Shown piece after piece: positions 10,901 to 25,900 of a stretch of DNA of 64,000 bases. Numbering within the stretch: position 1 is the first letter of the stretch; the number at the start of each line of letters is the position of its first letter. Source of the DNA: Malacoraja senta (lineage: Eukaryota); assembly GCA_038087875.1 (NCBI GenBank), contig CM075992.1, forward strand, positions 7,070,001-7,134,000, in the 5' to 3' direction. Made by a program: the position numbers and the translations under genes. The notes beneath the pieces were generated by a model that was given only the letters and a program-made list of their open reading frames with translations, made no database searches and was not told where the DNA came from.

Positions 10901-13900
10901 GCCACAGTTGAGTTGGGAGACTAGGGCAGGTGGAGACTCTTAAAAAAAAACCCAGATGGAGGAGCAGTGGGTAAGATGAAGACAGCTAAGAAGGTGCTAA
11001 TTGGGAACACAGGTGCTAGAACCCGATAAGAAAGGTGATATTGGGAGCCATTGGAGGAGAAGTGGATTGCAGGTTGGACCAGAACCAGATGGGGAGGGAA
11101 GGGGAAATCCGGAGGGTGAAACGAGTGGGAAGAAGGGAGATAGAATCATAAGGGAGGGATTCAAAAATGGGCAATGGAGGGCTGGAGGGGGATGAAAAAG
11201 GGGATAAAAATGGGAAGACTGGTGGTGGATCAGAAGGGGAGGTGGGGGATGGAAAAACAAGGTAGGTAAAGGGTTGCTTGAAATTGGGACTCTTACTTCC
11301 CTTGTCTCCTGTGTCCTCCACCCCCCCCCCCTCCTTCCAACTCACCCTCCAATTTTCCCATTTTTATTCCCTTTCACACCCCAAACACCCCTCATCAGCC
11401 CTGTCTCTGCCTCCCATTTTGATCCCCCTCTCTTACCTGGTTTCATCCTCCTATACCCACACATTTCATCTACTGCCCATCCAATCTGGTTCAGATTCTA
11501 TCTGCCCTTCACCCCTCTTCTCATGGTTCCCATTTCACCCTCCCTGCTTATCAAGTTCTAATACTGGTGGTCTTTGTGTTCCCGCTTAACATGCTCGTAG
11601 CTGCCTCCACCCTCATCTTCGTCCTCACCTCTCCCCACCTGGTTCCATATGACCTTATTTTGTTTGTTTCTTCATCTACCTTTTTTTTCTGCCTCTAGCT
11701 ATCATCCACCTGCATCACAACTCCAGCTCTCCCGCGCCTGATTCTACCGGTCTATTATCCTTTACCCTTTCTTTGGTCCACTAATCACCTGCTGGCCCTG
11801 TCTCACCACTCCCCCTTTTCCCCCTATACTGGCTATCTTCTCCCTCCACTCAGTCTTAATGCAGAGTCTTGATGAATATTGGCAATTTCCCTTCACAAAT
11901 ACTGCTCGACCTGTTAAGTTCCCCAAACAGATTGTTTGGTGCTCTAGATTCCAGCATTTGTAGGCTCTTGGATCTCTATCATGGGTTCCTTCAGCCATGT
12001 GGAACTACAGAAACTCACATAAAGAGCAAAATATTCTTAGCTGTAGGGACGTGGGGATGGACCAGTGTATTCGAAACTGCTCCTGTACTCTCACACTAAT
12101 TTTATCCTTTACTTGGAAGGAAAAGAAATAGGGATGGTACAAGCCTGTTACAGGCAAAATGTTAACATCACAGTTTTCGTTTAACACTTAGCAAAAGCTC
12201 TACCATGCCTTGCCCGATTCAGTGGTACACACTGGGACTATCGCTGCATTTAGTAAATAGCAACTGCTGAACGGGGTTATAAGCCTTGTGTTCAGATGCT
12301 CATGCCTCTGCGGTCTCTCATTCTAACCACGTAAAGCAAACTTGCAACTCTGACTGGATGCATGCCCAGTTTGTCAAGCAATGCCACATCAAGATCATAA
12401 CCCTGATTGGGTTGTATAGTTAGAGCAATTGGACAAAATGATATATCGCAGAAAGAAGCTGAGGTGAGATTGGTGCACGTGGAGCTGTACCAGATTTGCC
12501 TCAGCTTGGTGAACAGAAGGAAGATTTAGTTTTGGAATCAGAGCACTCTTTCCTTGAACTGCTGACCCCATCACCTATTAGTAGAACAGAGAGAATGAAA
12601 ATAAGATAAATGAATTGGATGTGATTTTGCACTGCACTTGTTTGTCCTGGTAGAAAATGGCAAAATGAGAAAGCAATCAATGTGTGATTGATGATGATGC
12701 TTTGATGAATGTTTTAAGACGAAAACACCAGTTCTGCACCTGCTTTAGATCACAGCTTGAATTGGGATGGTTTCTCCGCAAGACAGCCTTTGGCCCACCG
12801 GGAGCGTAAGCAGAATTAACCCAGGAGTGTGAACGATCGATCCCCTGGCAGGTAAAGGAGGCAGGATAAGGAGGAAACACAAGGTAAAAACGAGAGTCCA
12901 GCGATAACACAATCATTAACAGTGAGAACAGAGAGTTGCAGCTGGGATATCACGATAAACCTGCATCCTGGATGCATTTAAAATGGTCAATTTAACGTTG
13001 ACTTACTCTGACCATCTTTTCTAAACCAACTTGCAAATCGTGGCAAACCACATCAGAAAAATACTAGATAACACAACTAACAAAATTTCAGTAAACAAAA
13101 CATCACGAAAACATTGGCTCTCCATTAATTTTGGGGCATTATGCTAGGTAGGTAGTGTTAGAACCTTACCAGAGCCAATGGATTTGAAATTCATATTTAT
13201 CCATTTGAAAGAAAAATCCTCTGGAATTGGCAAAATCATTGAGGGTACTGGGCTGCTTATACGTGTCCCTGTTTTCCGTGCTCTGTAGATTTAACTGCAA
13301 TCCTCAATCTGTCTTAATGTGTTTGTTAGACTTTTCCTCGAGATTGGACATTATTCTGCATTCAAAACAATCGGCCACCAAACTGGGTAACCTTAACTTG
13401 ATTGGCATGGAGATTGCAATCCACAGTGCAGATATTTCTGGTTTTGGATCTTGAATCTATGTTGGATCTTAAATCTAATTTACAAGGAAAAATAACCACA
13501 TACTGTAAAGTGGAATATCAGATTAGGATTATCAAAAGGAAAGATTTCAAGGAGCAGATGGTCTTTTTTTGTACTAGCCTGCCTCCACATACTCTAATTA
13601 AGACAAGTGGTTTAAATCAGATTTAATGTAATATTTGCCTTTGCTCTGGCTCTGATCTACTTCCCTACAATTGCCTTACAGCGGCAGAGAATCGGGTTCG
13701 ATCCCGACTACGACTGTTGGAACCGAGTTCGTACATTCTCTCTGTGACCGCGTGGGTTTCTCCGGGTCTTCTCCCACATTCCAAAGATGTGCAGGTTTGC
13801 AGGTTAATTGCCTTCTATAAATTGCCCCTTGTGTGTAGGATAGAACTAGTGTACTGGCTGTTCGCTGGTCGGTGTGGACTTGGTGGGCCGAGGGGCATGT

Positions 13901-16900
13901 TACCATGCTGTATCTCTATAGTCTAAATTGTAAGAATATTTGTTTGCAACTTCAGCATTTTACATAATCCTCCCAATTGCTCTTCCGTCTCAAGAGAGAG
14001 AGACCTTGTCTCAACAACAAGCTTTTTTGGCAGACTCTTGAGTGGGATTATCTGTTCTATTTTCCAAACACTGTTTAAAAAAAAATTCCTAACAACTATC
14101 AAAAATAAATTAGCTTCTCAAGGAGGAAAATAAAGAAACTTATAAGGCACGAGGCATGGTTAGAAGAGTGGAGTTGGATTAGATTACATCTAAGAAACCA
14201 CTATCAGCTTCATGGACTAAGTGGCCTGTTTCTGGTTGCATGCCAACCATAAAGCACCAGCAAAAATATTTGAAAAACAGTTAGTAATTTTATAGCCACA
14301 TTTTCATATAAATTCCTGCATTAAACCCATAAATTAAACATAAGCCGGTATCTGGTTGTACATCGCCAAGGGCACAGTATTATCGTGATATCCCTCATTC
14401 CCAGAGTAGTAAGTGCCCACCATCCCAGACTTGGACAGGCATGCAGTCCCATCTGGAAACACAGATGTATAGCAGACTGTCAGTAAAAGAAGTCCCATGA
14501 TTTTTTTCCATCAGCAATTTTACTTTTCATCACCATTAAATATAATACAACAATTAACATTGAGCCATGAATGCCAGCATTGGAGGCAGAAAAGTCAGAA
14601 TCAAACATTATTTCCAGGCCTTATTATCCCATTAAGTTACTGCTTAGAAGGAATTTTCCCAGTGGGTATTGCTACATTCAAGTATAATCTATCACATAAG
14701 CACACTGCAGAACACAAGGCAATGGGCCCCTCTCAGTCAATAAATACTAACAGCCAACATCTGGCCTGCTACAGTGGAGAAGCTGAACGCAAACACTGTC
14801 TTCCAACACCACACGGCTGCCTTTCAACCTTACACAATAAGTGGGAGCCGAGGCTCCAGTCCAGCCCAATAACCAGTAACATTCGATACCACAAACAACA
14901 AATTCAACCAGAAACGAAGTTCCATGTGACATTCTGTATATAGTTTTACAGGCTAATGAACCTCACCCTTTTTTTTAAACGTGATAAAGCTGCCAGTGAT
15001 TCAATTCAATCAACATTCAACTTAAGGACCAATCTGTTAATTCCTAATTATTTTGCTTCATAATTATCAATATATCATCCAATTTTCTGATTTCTCCATC
15101 ATTCCAAGATCTTTTATTTTTCAATGTTGAAAAGTACTTTGCCATATATTTCCAAATGTCAGACACGTTTCTCGTGATCACCCGCTACCAATGCAGCGGA
15201 CACCTGAAGAATTCCAAGACACTTATTGGAGATCCCTTGTGCTGGTTTTCATGTCCATTTCTCTAATGAGTTCAAGAACACGAGAAATGGTATTAGTGCA
15301 GAACCTGACCATGATATCCAAGATCAAAATAGAATAGAGCCCACTTTCTAGACTTCAAAACCCAGCTTTCAGCAAAAGACTGGTGAAAAATGTCATTTCC
15401 TTAAGCATCCATGTTTTGGCATATGGCATTATAGATGGATCTGGAACAAAAAACACACCCATCACTAATCCCTACTTTTTGGATTAAAATTTAAAAGTTA
15501 AGTATTCTAACTCGTAAAACACTGTAATTGAAATAAAAATGGAGCAGATGGCTCCATGTTGGCTTTGCACAACAATAAATGTCAACTATTATCCAATGGT
15601 TCTCCCTTCAGTACTTTGATCTGTCCGCACCAGGCTGATCCATAAACCAAGCTAGAATATATGTTTGTTGCATTTCTAACAATTAGTTGAAAAACAAGTG
15701 CATTGTTTTTCGTTTCCCCATATAGAAGGGAAACTAACACCTCTGCAACAATGAGGTGGTCGCCATGTTATGATTCTGGCAGAACTATATTACTGTAAAA
15801 GCTGCACAAATGCTGAAAAAGGGCCAATATTTAACTTTATTAAAAAGTGGCTTTAAAGTCGATGATACTTCTTGAAAGCTGGTTGGAATTTCAGAACCCG
15901 TATCCCTGTTGCCAAATCACAAACTGCACTTTACATGCACTTTGCAGTTTAAATTACAATCCGTGCTACGATACAGGACAAATCTTTTTCACCTTACTTG
16001 TCCGACAATCAAAAATTGAAGTTCCGACTTCAGTTAAAGAACTAAAAGCATTGATAGGATTCCATGCCATGGATAGCCAAATGCAAATCAGCCTGCTCCA
16101 GCTCCTACGCATTCCCACAACTGACCCAGAGCCTGATGTCAAACAGTCACTCTCCACAAAATGCAAAGAAGCATACAAGCACGCAGGCGCTGCCTCTGGT
16201 CACAGTTGCATCAGTCTTCTTTAGCTCTGGGATCAGCTGGGCCCTGTCAAATCCAACGACTGTTGCACTGGGGTGCACCTACATATCTTCTTTGGTGATT
16301 GCAACGGTGTCTCTAGTGACAGCCTCAAAGGTTACGGGTAGAAAGCAGAAGAATGGGGTTGAGAGGGAAATATAGATCGGCCATGATTGAATGGCGGAGT
16401 AAACACGATGGGCCGAATGGCCTAATTCTGCTCCGATGTCTCTGATTATAACAACATTTAAAAGGGTTAATTGAATTCATTGGTAATACATGACCAATAA
16501 TGTGTACCCTATACAAAGCAGTCCAACCTGTTAGCAGGAATCTAAATTTGCCAGAAACAAAAAAATTATTGAACAGAAAGTGCGTAACAAGTATAGGAAC
16601 TTAGCTTTTTCACATATCCTGCTATCTCTGCAGTTAGTAATCTGTAGAAATATACACAACATTGTGAATTGGGTCAGAAAACATAAAACCCCCCACACAC
16701 TTTCTCCCTGCAACACACATCAACCATGGAATGTGTAATAGGCAAGAGCAGGCTCATTTAACCACCGGTGTTGTTAGTTGTGTCAATAACATCCAGAAAC
16801 ATGCATATGCAGGCCAGCGCACTGATATCTGCTTCAGTCAGGTGCAATCCAGTGCTTTATAAAGAGTTACATTGCAAATTCATTAACACTTACTTTGCAA

Positions 16901-19900
16901 CCCATGATTTTTTTCACCTCATCATCTGGTGTTGTTGGCGTTGTGGCAAGATCTGGATTGCTGTTGCTGATGCTCTTTGAACGAGACAGGTTTAGGCTGG
17001 TAGGCCTGGCAGTAGCACGAGACAAGGTGGCATATTGAATGGGGCCTGCGTATAACGGACTGCTTAATCCTGTAAGCAGTAGAATATAATAAAACAAGTG
17101 ATTAGCAAGATATTACACTTGTTCAATATATTGGTGAATGTATAATGTAGGAAAGGTTGAAATTAAACCGATACATCCAAATATGCAATACACCCATAAC
17201 TTTATCAACTACTGGGAATGAGTGCAAACGTGTTTGTGCCCCAATGCAGCAATGAGGGAGTACAACCACCCTTTGAATTAAATATTACACAGAGGCCTTG
17301 CTTAGCCTGACAGGGGGACTCAAAAGATCTTCCAAGACAAAGGAGAGATCACGCTGGTGTTCTGTCCAACATCTGTGGCACAACTAACAAAACATAAAAA
17401 AGACGTAACTATCCAAAATACTCACCATCTAAGGAGACAAAAGCACAGTGGCATGCAGCTGCGCCATGTCATCAAGAACAAAGAGGGACCCAGTGGGCCG
17501 CGCTGCTGAGAATCAAGAGGGACCTGGTGGGCTGCCTGCAGCCACATGTACACTTTATATCAGTACACTGTGGACGGTTCGATTGTAATCATGTATTGCC
17601 TTTCCGCTGACTGATTAGCACGCAACAAAAGCTTTTCACTGTACCTCGGTACAAGTGACAATAAACCAAAGATAGACACAAAATGCTGGAGTAACTCAGC
17701 GGGACAGGCAGCATCTCTGGAGAAAAGGAATGGGTGACGTTTCGGGACGAGACCCTTCTGTTGTGATACTTCCTGTATCACAACTTACCTGTGTGTAAAA
17801 TAAAAATTTCACACAGCCAAAATTCCACACAGTTACTCTAAAAAATATTTCAATTAATGGGTTACCTAAACCAAGATATTTCTACAATGTGACTAGTGAA
17901 TAATGATGGATGCCCATCATTATAGATCAGCCACGACTGAATGGCGGAGTAGACTTGATGGGGCGAATGGCCTAATTCTATTCCTATTCCTTATGCCCTT
18001 ATGTCCCAGGAGCAGTTAAAGACTCCATAATCTAACAAAGAAAAGACGTTGATATATATTCTGGGAATGCTAGAGCCACATTGCCAACTGATAAAGTGTT
18101 GTCTTGAATCCAAGCAGTGGATTTATTTTTTAGGAGACTGAGATGTTACACTTTTGACAATTGGCACTTAACTGTGGAACACCTTTATTTATGGAGTAAA
18201 ACTAGAACATTGTGTTATTGGCTGATGAACCATCAAGTGCTGAAACTATACACAACCAACAACTATTTTGTTAAGACTGAAAATCACAAAGATAAGATTA
18301 AAATGGATGAATGTGGATCTTTTGGGTACCAAAGATCAAGGGACACGTGAGCCTTGATGCATCATTTTGCCAACTTTTGTTCTACCACATAAGCTTTCTA
18401 CTGCTGTTTTTTCCCCAACCTTTAGGAAAGCTTTTTGCATTTGTAAATTTGTTCATTCAAATAAGTTGGAACTGGTGTAACTTCCCAACTTTAAATTGAT
18501 CAATCCAATCACATACAAAAGTGATGAACTCGCCCTTACTTGTTGACATTAGTTCAGGATGCACATATTGGCCAGATGAATTTCCTGACAATCAGAAGAT
18601 TAACAGTGACCTAAAACATTGTAAACACCTCTGGCACTGCACAGCACCTTCAGATTAATACAACTACAGATGAAACAGCAACACATTTATCCCATATTAA
18701 ATGCATTGAGCTGATCTCAGTTTCTGGTGACAAGAAAAGGTGAACAAAGCAGATATGGCTGAATATAAGATCTATGTATTAGTTAGAGAAGGACAACCAG
18801 GAGTGTACTCATGATGTCTGTGGCACTATAAATGGTTACTTAATGACTCACGGAACAGCATAGTGCAGAAATGGGCCCTTCAGCCCACCAAGGCCATGCT
18901 AACCTTTTGGTCCCCTTCCACTGATCCTATTGTTCACATTAGGGTCACATTATTCTATGCCTTGCTGACACAAGGTCTGCCTCTTCAACAATGAAATTAT
19001 AACTGATTACACCACCACCACCTCTGACAACGTGTTCCAGCTATCTGTGTGTGTATGTAATGAACTAACCCCTCACTGGAGGACTGGACACTTTGGTGCC
19101 TTTCCCTCACGGTGGAGAGTGTCGACTCTGCTGTGGGGGGATGTTCATGTTGAATCTATAAATAGTGTGTCGTGTCTTTTTTATTCTACCTTTTTATTTT
19201 TTATTTATATGGTTAATTGTCTGTAAAGCGCTTTGGTTTCAGTAATCTGATTGAAAGGCGCTATATAAATAAACTTACTTTACTTTACTTTACTCAGATC
19301 CTACCTCTCAGCTTAAAACTATGTCCAGTTGTTTTTGATACTCCATCATGAGAAAATGATTTTGAATACCTATCCCATCCATGCCTCCTATAATCTTATA
19401 TACTTCAAATTGCCTCTGAGCCTCCATCACTTCAGAGAAAACAATCCGATCCAATCTTTCCCAAAATTGAAGTCCTCTAATCAAGGCAAAAACTGATGAA
19501 TCTCCTCTGCACTCTCTCCAGCACATCTCAAATCAAAGTAAAAAATGTAGTCCATTGGACACAGACAGAACACAAATTTATGTTCAGTGGCACTGTATGT
19601 GATTCTTCAAGTGGAGAGTACAGATAATTGGCACATATAATTAAGTCTTTACTTCAAAGTCAGCTTGATTTATTATTTTTTTCCCATTATAAATCCCCAA
19701 CAGACATTTAAAAATGGATACTCTGGCAGACTTTAAGTTAGTTTTTCAGAGCGTACTAACGAGTCACCCTGATGAAGGCAAACATTTAGTGCAGTAATTA
19801 CATATTATCCCAGGATAAGTACAGCATTCACATGTATACATACCGGGGAACTGCGGATGGTGGTCACTGTCTGGAAGGTGAAACATATAATATATATAGG

Positions 19901-22900
19901 ATGCCAGAAGGTTGTTGTGTCCATGTTGGTCTTGATTTCCTTCTAAGTTTTTATGGATCTGATTGACGAGCTGAGCCATTGCTTCAAAAGCAGCTCGACC
20001 CAGATTTACTGTAATAAAAATGATTTATATACTTATTCCGTTCTTCAGGGAATTAAATTAATCTATTTGGTGACAACATGGCAAAGTATTAATCTGTCAA
20101 TTTGCATTTCCTCTGCCTTGACAATATATTTTACAGCCATTTTATTAACATTTATAGTTTATTTAAAACTGTAAAGATGATGCATTGATATGACACTAGT
20201 GTGCTTCACCGTTAGACTTCAGACATACAGAGCGGAAACAGGCCCTTCGGCCCACCGAGTCCGCATCGACCTTCGATCATCCCGTACACCAGCACTATTC
20301 TACACATTAGGGACAATTTTACTGAAGCCATTTAACCTACAAACCTATACTTCTTTGGAATATGGGAAGAAACCAGAGCACCTGGAGACTGTGTCGCCCT
20401 AAACCCACACATCATAGAAAGTGGAAATCCTGCAGGAATACAGTTTGGCAAGTTTGAATTTCCAGATTTATAATAGTTTAATTTTATTGAAAAGTTTGTG
20501 TCAATGTGACCATTGGAGAGTCCAAATTGCGGCAAGCTATGAATTTTCCGTAGATTATTTATCTGATGTTGTACTTCAGGAGTCTGCCAAACATCCATCT
20601 AAAGGCATGTTGAATATTATGCATGAGAGGTGTGAGGCAATATACAGCTACAAAAGATAGCAAAACAGAGAGGAGGTGAAGTTGTGAGGTAAATGCTGCT
20701 CCTGGAAAACTAAGAGCACATGGAGCCATAGCTATGGATGTTGCCAGTTCCCCTAAAGCAAGTGATTTGCATGACCTGGCTTCACAATGGTGTGCTATGC
20801 AATGTAGCAAGAGCACTACAAATCAAATCTGACCCTGGCTAATGTTCATATTACAAATGAATTTTCGTACAGTATTAATTATGATATGTGTAGGAAGGAA
20901 CTGCAGATACTGGTTTACACTGAAGATAGACACAAAATGCTGGTGTAACTCAGCGAGTCAGGCAGCATCTCTGGAGAAAAGGAATAGGTGACGTTTTGGT
21001 CGAGATTCTTCATCAGACGAAGTCACATCTTGATATCCTTTGTTGAGGAAATTAATCTCCCAAACACAAGGAGATGGGAATAAAAAAAACATGTCAATAG
21101 CCCCACTGCAGTTGTGCTTCAAATGAAGGACACAGAATCCAATGAGTGGACAGATTACAGTTGCCCTGGGAACATGGCCTGACATGATTTACAGCGAGGA
21201 AATTAAAAGTTGAAGGAACAATATTCATTTCCTTCAGCATTCTCTCAAAGAAAATGTTCTACTTGGAAAACCAAGGTAGCAATAGCTGGATCCCCTGATC
21301 ATCTCCTTCATTTTGTAACTACTTTTGCAGGAATGACATTGGGATGGACTATCTTGATTAGTACAGATGTCAGGGGTTATGGTGAGAAGGCAGAACAATG
21401 GGGTTAGGAGGGAGAGATAGATCAGCCATGATTGAATGGAGGAGTAGACTTGATGGGCCAAATGGCCTAATTCTGCTCCCATTACTTATGACCTACTGGC
21501 TATTTCAGCTGTTGTCTCAAGTGTCCTATCAATTGTTATGGCATCCAAAAGGCCACTTTGTTTCACTGCTTAACATTGGTAAATTCTGCACTGAGTTATT
21601 AGACATGCTTTCTGTGCAAGGATAAATGATGAGATATAATGAACTGTTCTAAATAATAAATGGCACACGTGAGAAAGTCGGCTCATACCTATTTGACCAT
21701 TGATAACTGGAGGCCGCACAATTAGGAGGATGAGTTTGTTGAGGACATGGTGGACAAATCGAAGAAGTGGTTCCATCTTTGCTGACCGCAGGTTGTTTAT
21801 ACTGGCCTTCAGTTCTGTCTCTACATTATTCTCTGTGATGATCACATCCTTCAGTCGAAACGGGAAAGAATATTCTTCCAGAACGTGCACAAGAGTAAAA
21901 AACTTATCCAGAAATTGGTCCTAAGGATTAAAAGCACAATCAGTGATTAATCAAGCACTGTGCATGTATCCTTGAATGGTTCCTCATCTAGTACTGAGAT
22001 GGGGAAAACCTTTTAACCCAGAGAGTTGTGTATCTGTGGAATTCTCTGCCACAGAGGGCAGTGGAGGCCAATTCACTGGATGTATTCAAGAGAGAAGGAA
22101 CTGCACGTTCAGGGGGGGAGAGATTGGAGTGAGACAGGGGAGTGGAGAAGTTGAGGCGGTTGATGTCACGACGGCAGTTTTGGATAAAGAGTTCCAAAGC
22201 CGGAAGGCCACAAGGGGGGTTCCACGAGGAGGGGGTGCGTTGTATTCAAGAGAGAGTTGGATATAGCTCTTAGGGCTAACGGAATCAAGGGATATGGGGA
22301 GAAAGCAGGAACAGGGTACTGATTCTGGATGATCAGCCATGATCATATTGAATGCCGACTCGAAGGGCAGAAAGGTTTACTCCTGCACCTGTTTTCTATG
22401 TTTCTATGTGCATGTATCTTGAATGATTCCTCATCCATACCCAGGCTGCTCTACCATATAATCCAGCTCCAGCAGTCGCCTTTTAATTAAAATAACCTCT
22501 CGGCTCAAGGACAATTAAAGATGGATAATAAATACCATTGATCTCAGAAAATAAACAAACCTTTTAACAAAAAGGAAGACCAGGCCGTTGGAAAATAGTA
22601 TTAGTGAAAATGTAGGAATTCCATTTTACATTTGTTTATCACATTCGTTTATCAAGAAAATAGGATATAAGGATATAAATTAATAAAAATTTGGAATAAC
22701 TTCAGGTTTCTGTGCATTTTTTATAAAAATAGTGCTGCTCAGGAGCAACCAAGTTAGGTTGTTATTTTAATCATTTGTTTTCTCATTCAAATCTTCATTC
22801 AATGTCCTTTTAAGGATATGCTGAATCAAGTTCAACCATCGTTTTACCCACATATCATAGATCATAACAAATCACTGGTGTTTTTATCTATTATCTTAAA

Positions 22901-25900
22901 TCTGTTTTCATTTGGAGGTGAAATTATGTCAAGAGGCAAGGTTTACTTGTCCATTCAGTCCAGTGTTTATATTCTGGGATGTTTGCACATCAGGCAGGAT
23001 AAACATTTGGAAAGGAGATTGTTCTGGTGGCTGCTTGATCTGAGTGTGCTGTGTTACAAGATGCAGCTGGAGGTTTAGGGTGGAGGAAAGCGATGAAACT
23101 GTGTTGACTTTGAAAGGCCATATGGATCATACACCCTTTGCAGTTATCAAGAGTATAATGATTGTAATCTTCATTAAAAATCTTTTATGCGACTGGATTG
23201 TCTTAAAACTCTTCAACAAAAATGCCGCAGTCATCTGAGGTTTGGGAAGATATCTATCCTACTATTCCCCTGGATGCTGACAATTGCTTGCATTTACAAA
23301 CTCTTGGTTGGATTTTCTCGCCCGAAATAAGAGCAAAATCTGTCTTCTGAAAGGGAGAAAAGTTTTAAGAGAGTTGTTTGAGAGGATCAGCCAAGCAAAT
23401 GTACTTGTACCTGGGTATGGACTGACGATGCTGCCAGTACTTCCACATTAAAAACTCCTTTGTGGTTGTCGACCCACTTCATACCTGGCAACTGGACCTT
23501 TTTGAACACAAAATAAGAGCAAAACATTTATAAATATATGGACGTAAACTTCGATACTCATGAGGTCCATGGCAAGAACTGATAATTTAACATGAGTGTG
23601 GCATATAGGAATGATGAAGTCTATTAGAACTGTCTACCCAATAGCACTGTGGGAATACCTTCAATTGAGGAACTCCCATGATGCGAGACCTTGGCTCATT
23701 ACGAGCATCCAGGATAATATGGACATACTAATTGCTATTGCAACATGTATCCTATTAACAAGTAAAATAAAATCCTCAACTTCCATATTAATAGATCTTA
23801 ACTATCCCACAAACCACATATTCCATAGGTAGACACAAAATGCTGGAGTCTCTCAGCGGGACAGGCAGCATCTGTGGAGAGAAGGAATGGGTGACGTTTC
23901 CGGTCGAGACCTTCTCTCCAGAGATGCTGCCTGTCCCGTTGAGTTTCTCCAGCATTTTGTGTCTACCTTTGATTTAAACCTGCATCGGCAGTTCTTTCCT
24001 ACACATATATTCCATAGTTTCCTTTGTAAATCAAACCTTCTCAGGAGCACAATACGATTTAGGATGCAGAATTCTCAACAAGAAGTTTCATCTGAATTGC
24101 AGAATCTGCGGATACCTAAAGAATGGGGTAAACTTCCTCTCTTCCACAACTGTCTGCCTTCCTCCCATTGAAAAATAGTAAAATACCAAAGTGCCAGCTG
24201 GAGAAAACGAACTTTAAGCCTACAACCAACAATACAATGTAATGTCATCTGGCAGAGGAAGTAAAACTTGAGGGATCACTATAAACAAGTAGTCACGTTT
24301 AACATACATTCACACAAATATTTGTGTTTCACCCACACCACGCTTTCCAAAGAGAACCACTGTCCACAAAATGCTGGAGTAACTCAGCGGGACAGGCAGC
24401 ATCTCTGTAATACTGTAAATCAACATATTTGGAAAAAATAATGCAAGGTTTTAGAAAGGTCAGCTGTTAATCCTGCTCTATCCTATCGATTTTTTTTTAG
24501 ATGCTGAAGAACCAGTTCCCAATTACAAAGCACAGCAGCCTTAAAGGTAACAAAACACAAAGTGCTGGAGGAACTCAGTGGGTCAGGCAGCATCTGTGGA
24601 CAAATGTCATCTGACCATTCCCTCCACGGATGCGGCCTCACCTGCTGGTTTCCTCCAGTACGTAGTCTTTTGTTCAGGATTCCAGCATCTGCAGTTTCCT
24701 GTTTCTCCAGTCAAGCATATTTATTTTATGCCCCAAGATTTGAACATTTGATTTTATTTCTTGCCCTCCAATACCATCTGCTCCAAGTCAATGATGCCCC
24801 AAACATTTCCTAATGGTGGTTTCAGTACATCTTCTTATTGGGGAAAATTAGCCAATGGCCAAGATTCATAATGCCAAATCTAACAAAGGTTGACAAGTCA
24901 TATGTTTAACATACATTTTTTTTAAAAAACAGATGAATAGGAGGATAGACACATAAAGCTGGCGTAACTCAGTGGGACAGGCAGCATCTCTGAAGAGAAG
25001 TAATGGGTTACGTTTCGGGTCGAGATCCTTCTTCAGACTCCAGCTTTTTGTGTCTATCTTCGGTTTAAACCAGCATCTGCAGTTCCTTCTTACACAGATG
25101 AATAGGAGGAATGGCAACTACGGTTGCAAGCTTGAGACAGGAAAGGCAGGAACCGATGTAGGTTTATTATGTCAATGCAAAATCCAGGCATGAGGTGGAA
25201 GCAGAGGATGAAACAATGCAGCATCTGATCATACTTACATCAGGAGTGAGGACGGAGTAACTGGGCGGTGGCTTGTCCACGGACACGGGAAGGCTGAATT
25301 GTCCCGTTCGGAGGCGGCCGTGTTGCATTAAAGGGATCCACTGAATGAGAGGGTTAGAAAGTTTGATATTAGAGACTATAACAATACTAGCAACACAGGG
25401 CATCTAATCTTCAACTCCAGAGCTTTCATGTTATGCTACTGTAAGCAAAAGTTTCGGATCGAGACTGTCAGTCTGGGGAAGGATCTCGTTCCGAAACGTC
25501 ACCCATTCCTTCTATCCAGAGATGCTGCCTGTCCCACTGAGTTACTCCAGCATTTTGTGTCTATCTTCGGTTTAAACCAGCATCTGCAGTTCCTTCCTAC
25601 TCATATATAGATAGTTCTGCTAGTGCACATTTCCCATAACATGAGTTGGATATAACATGAGTGATATATTAGTGAACACTATCTGCATCGTTGGTTGAAT
25701 TGGTTAAAACACAATTTCGATTGTGGACTAGAGAGCACCACTTAAAAGTCACTTTGGAAATGAACAACCGCAATTTTGCTCGCCTGAGGAAAAAACATCT
25801 AGGGGAAAAATCAGTTCAGTGTAACCACCTCACAGTAAACAGATACAGTTAAACCGTCTGAAGACCAGAAACGTTGCCTATTTCCTTCGCTCCATAGATG

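Noticed and set aside
12680..12760. TGATGA runs suggesting a C/D snoRNA
   Set aside because: They are antisense to the host gene and adjacent to an exon, with no D box or terminal stem.
13169..13474. Minus-strand acceptor/donor pair suggesting an extra DOCK6 exon
   Set aside because: Stops occur in all three frames and there is no DOCK similarity.
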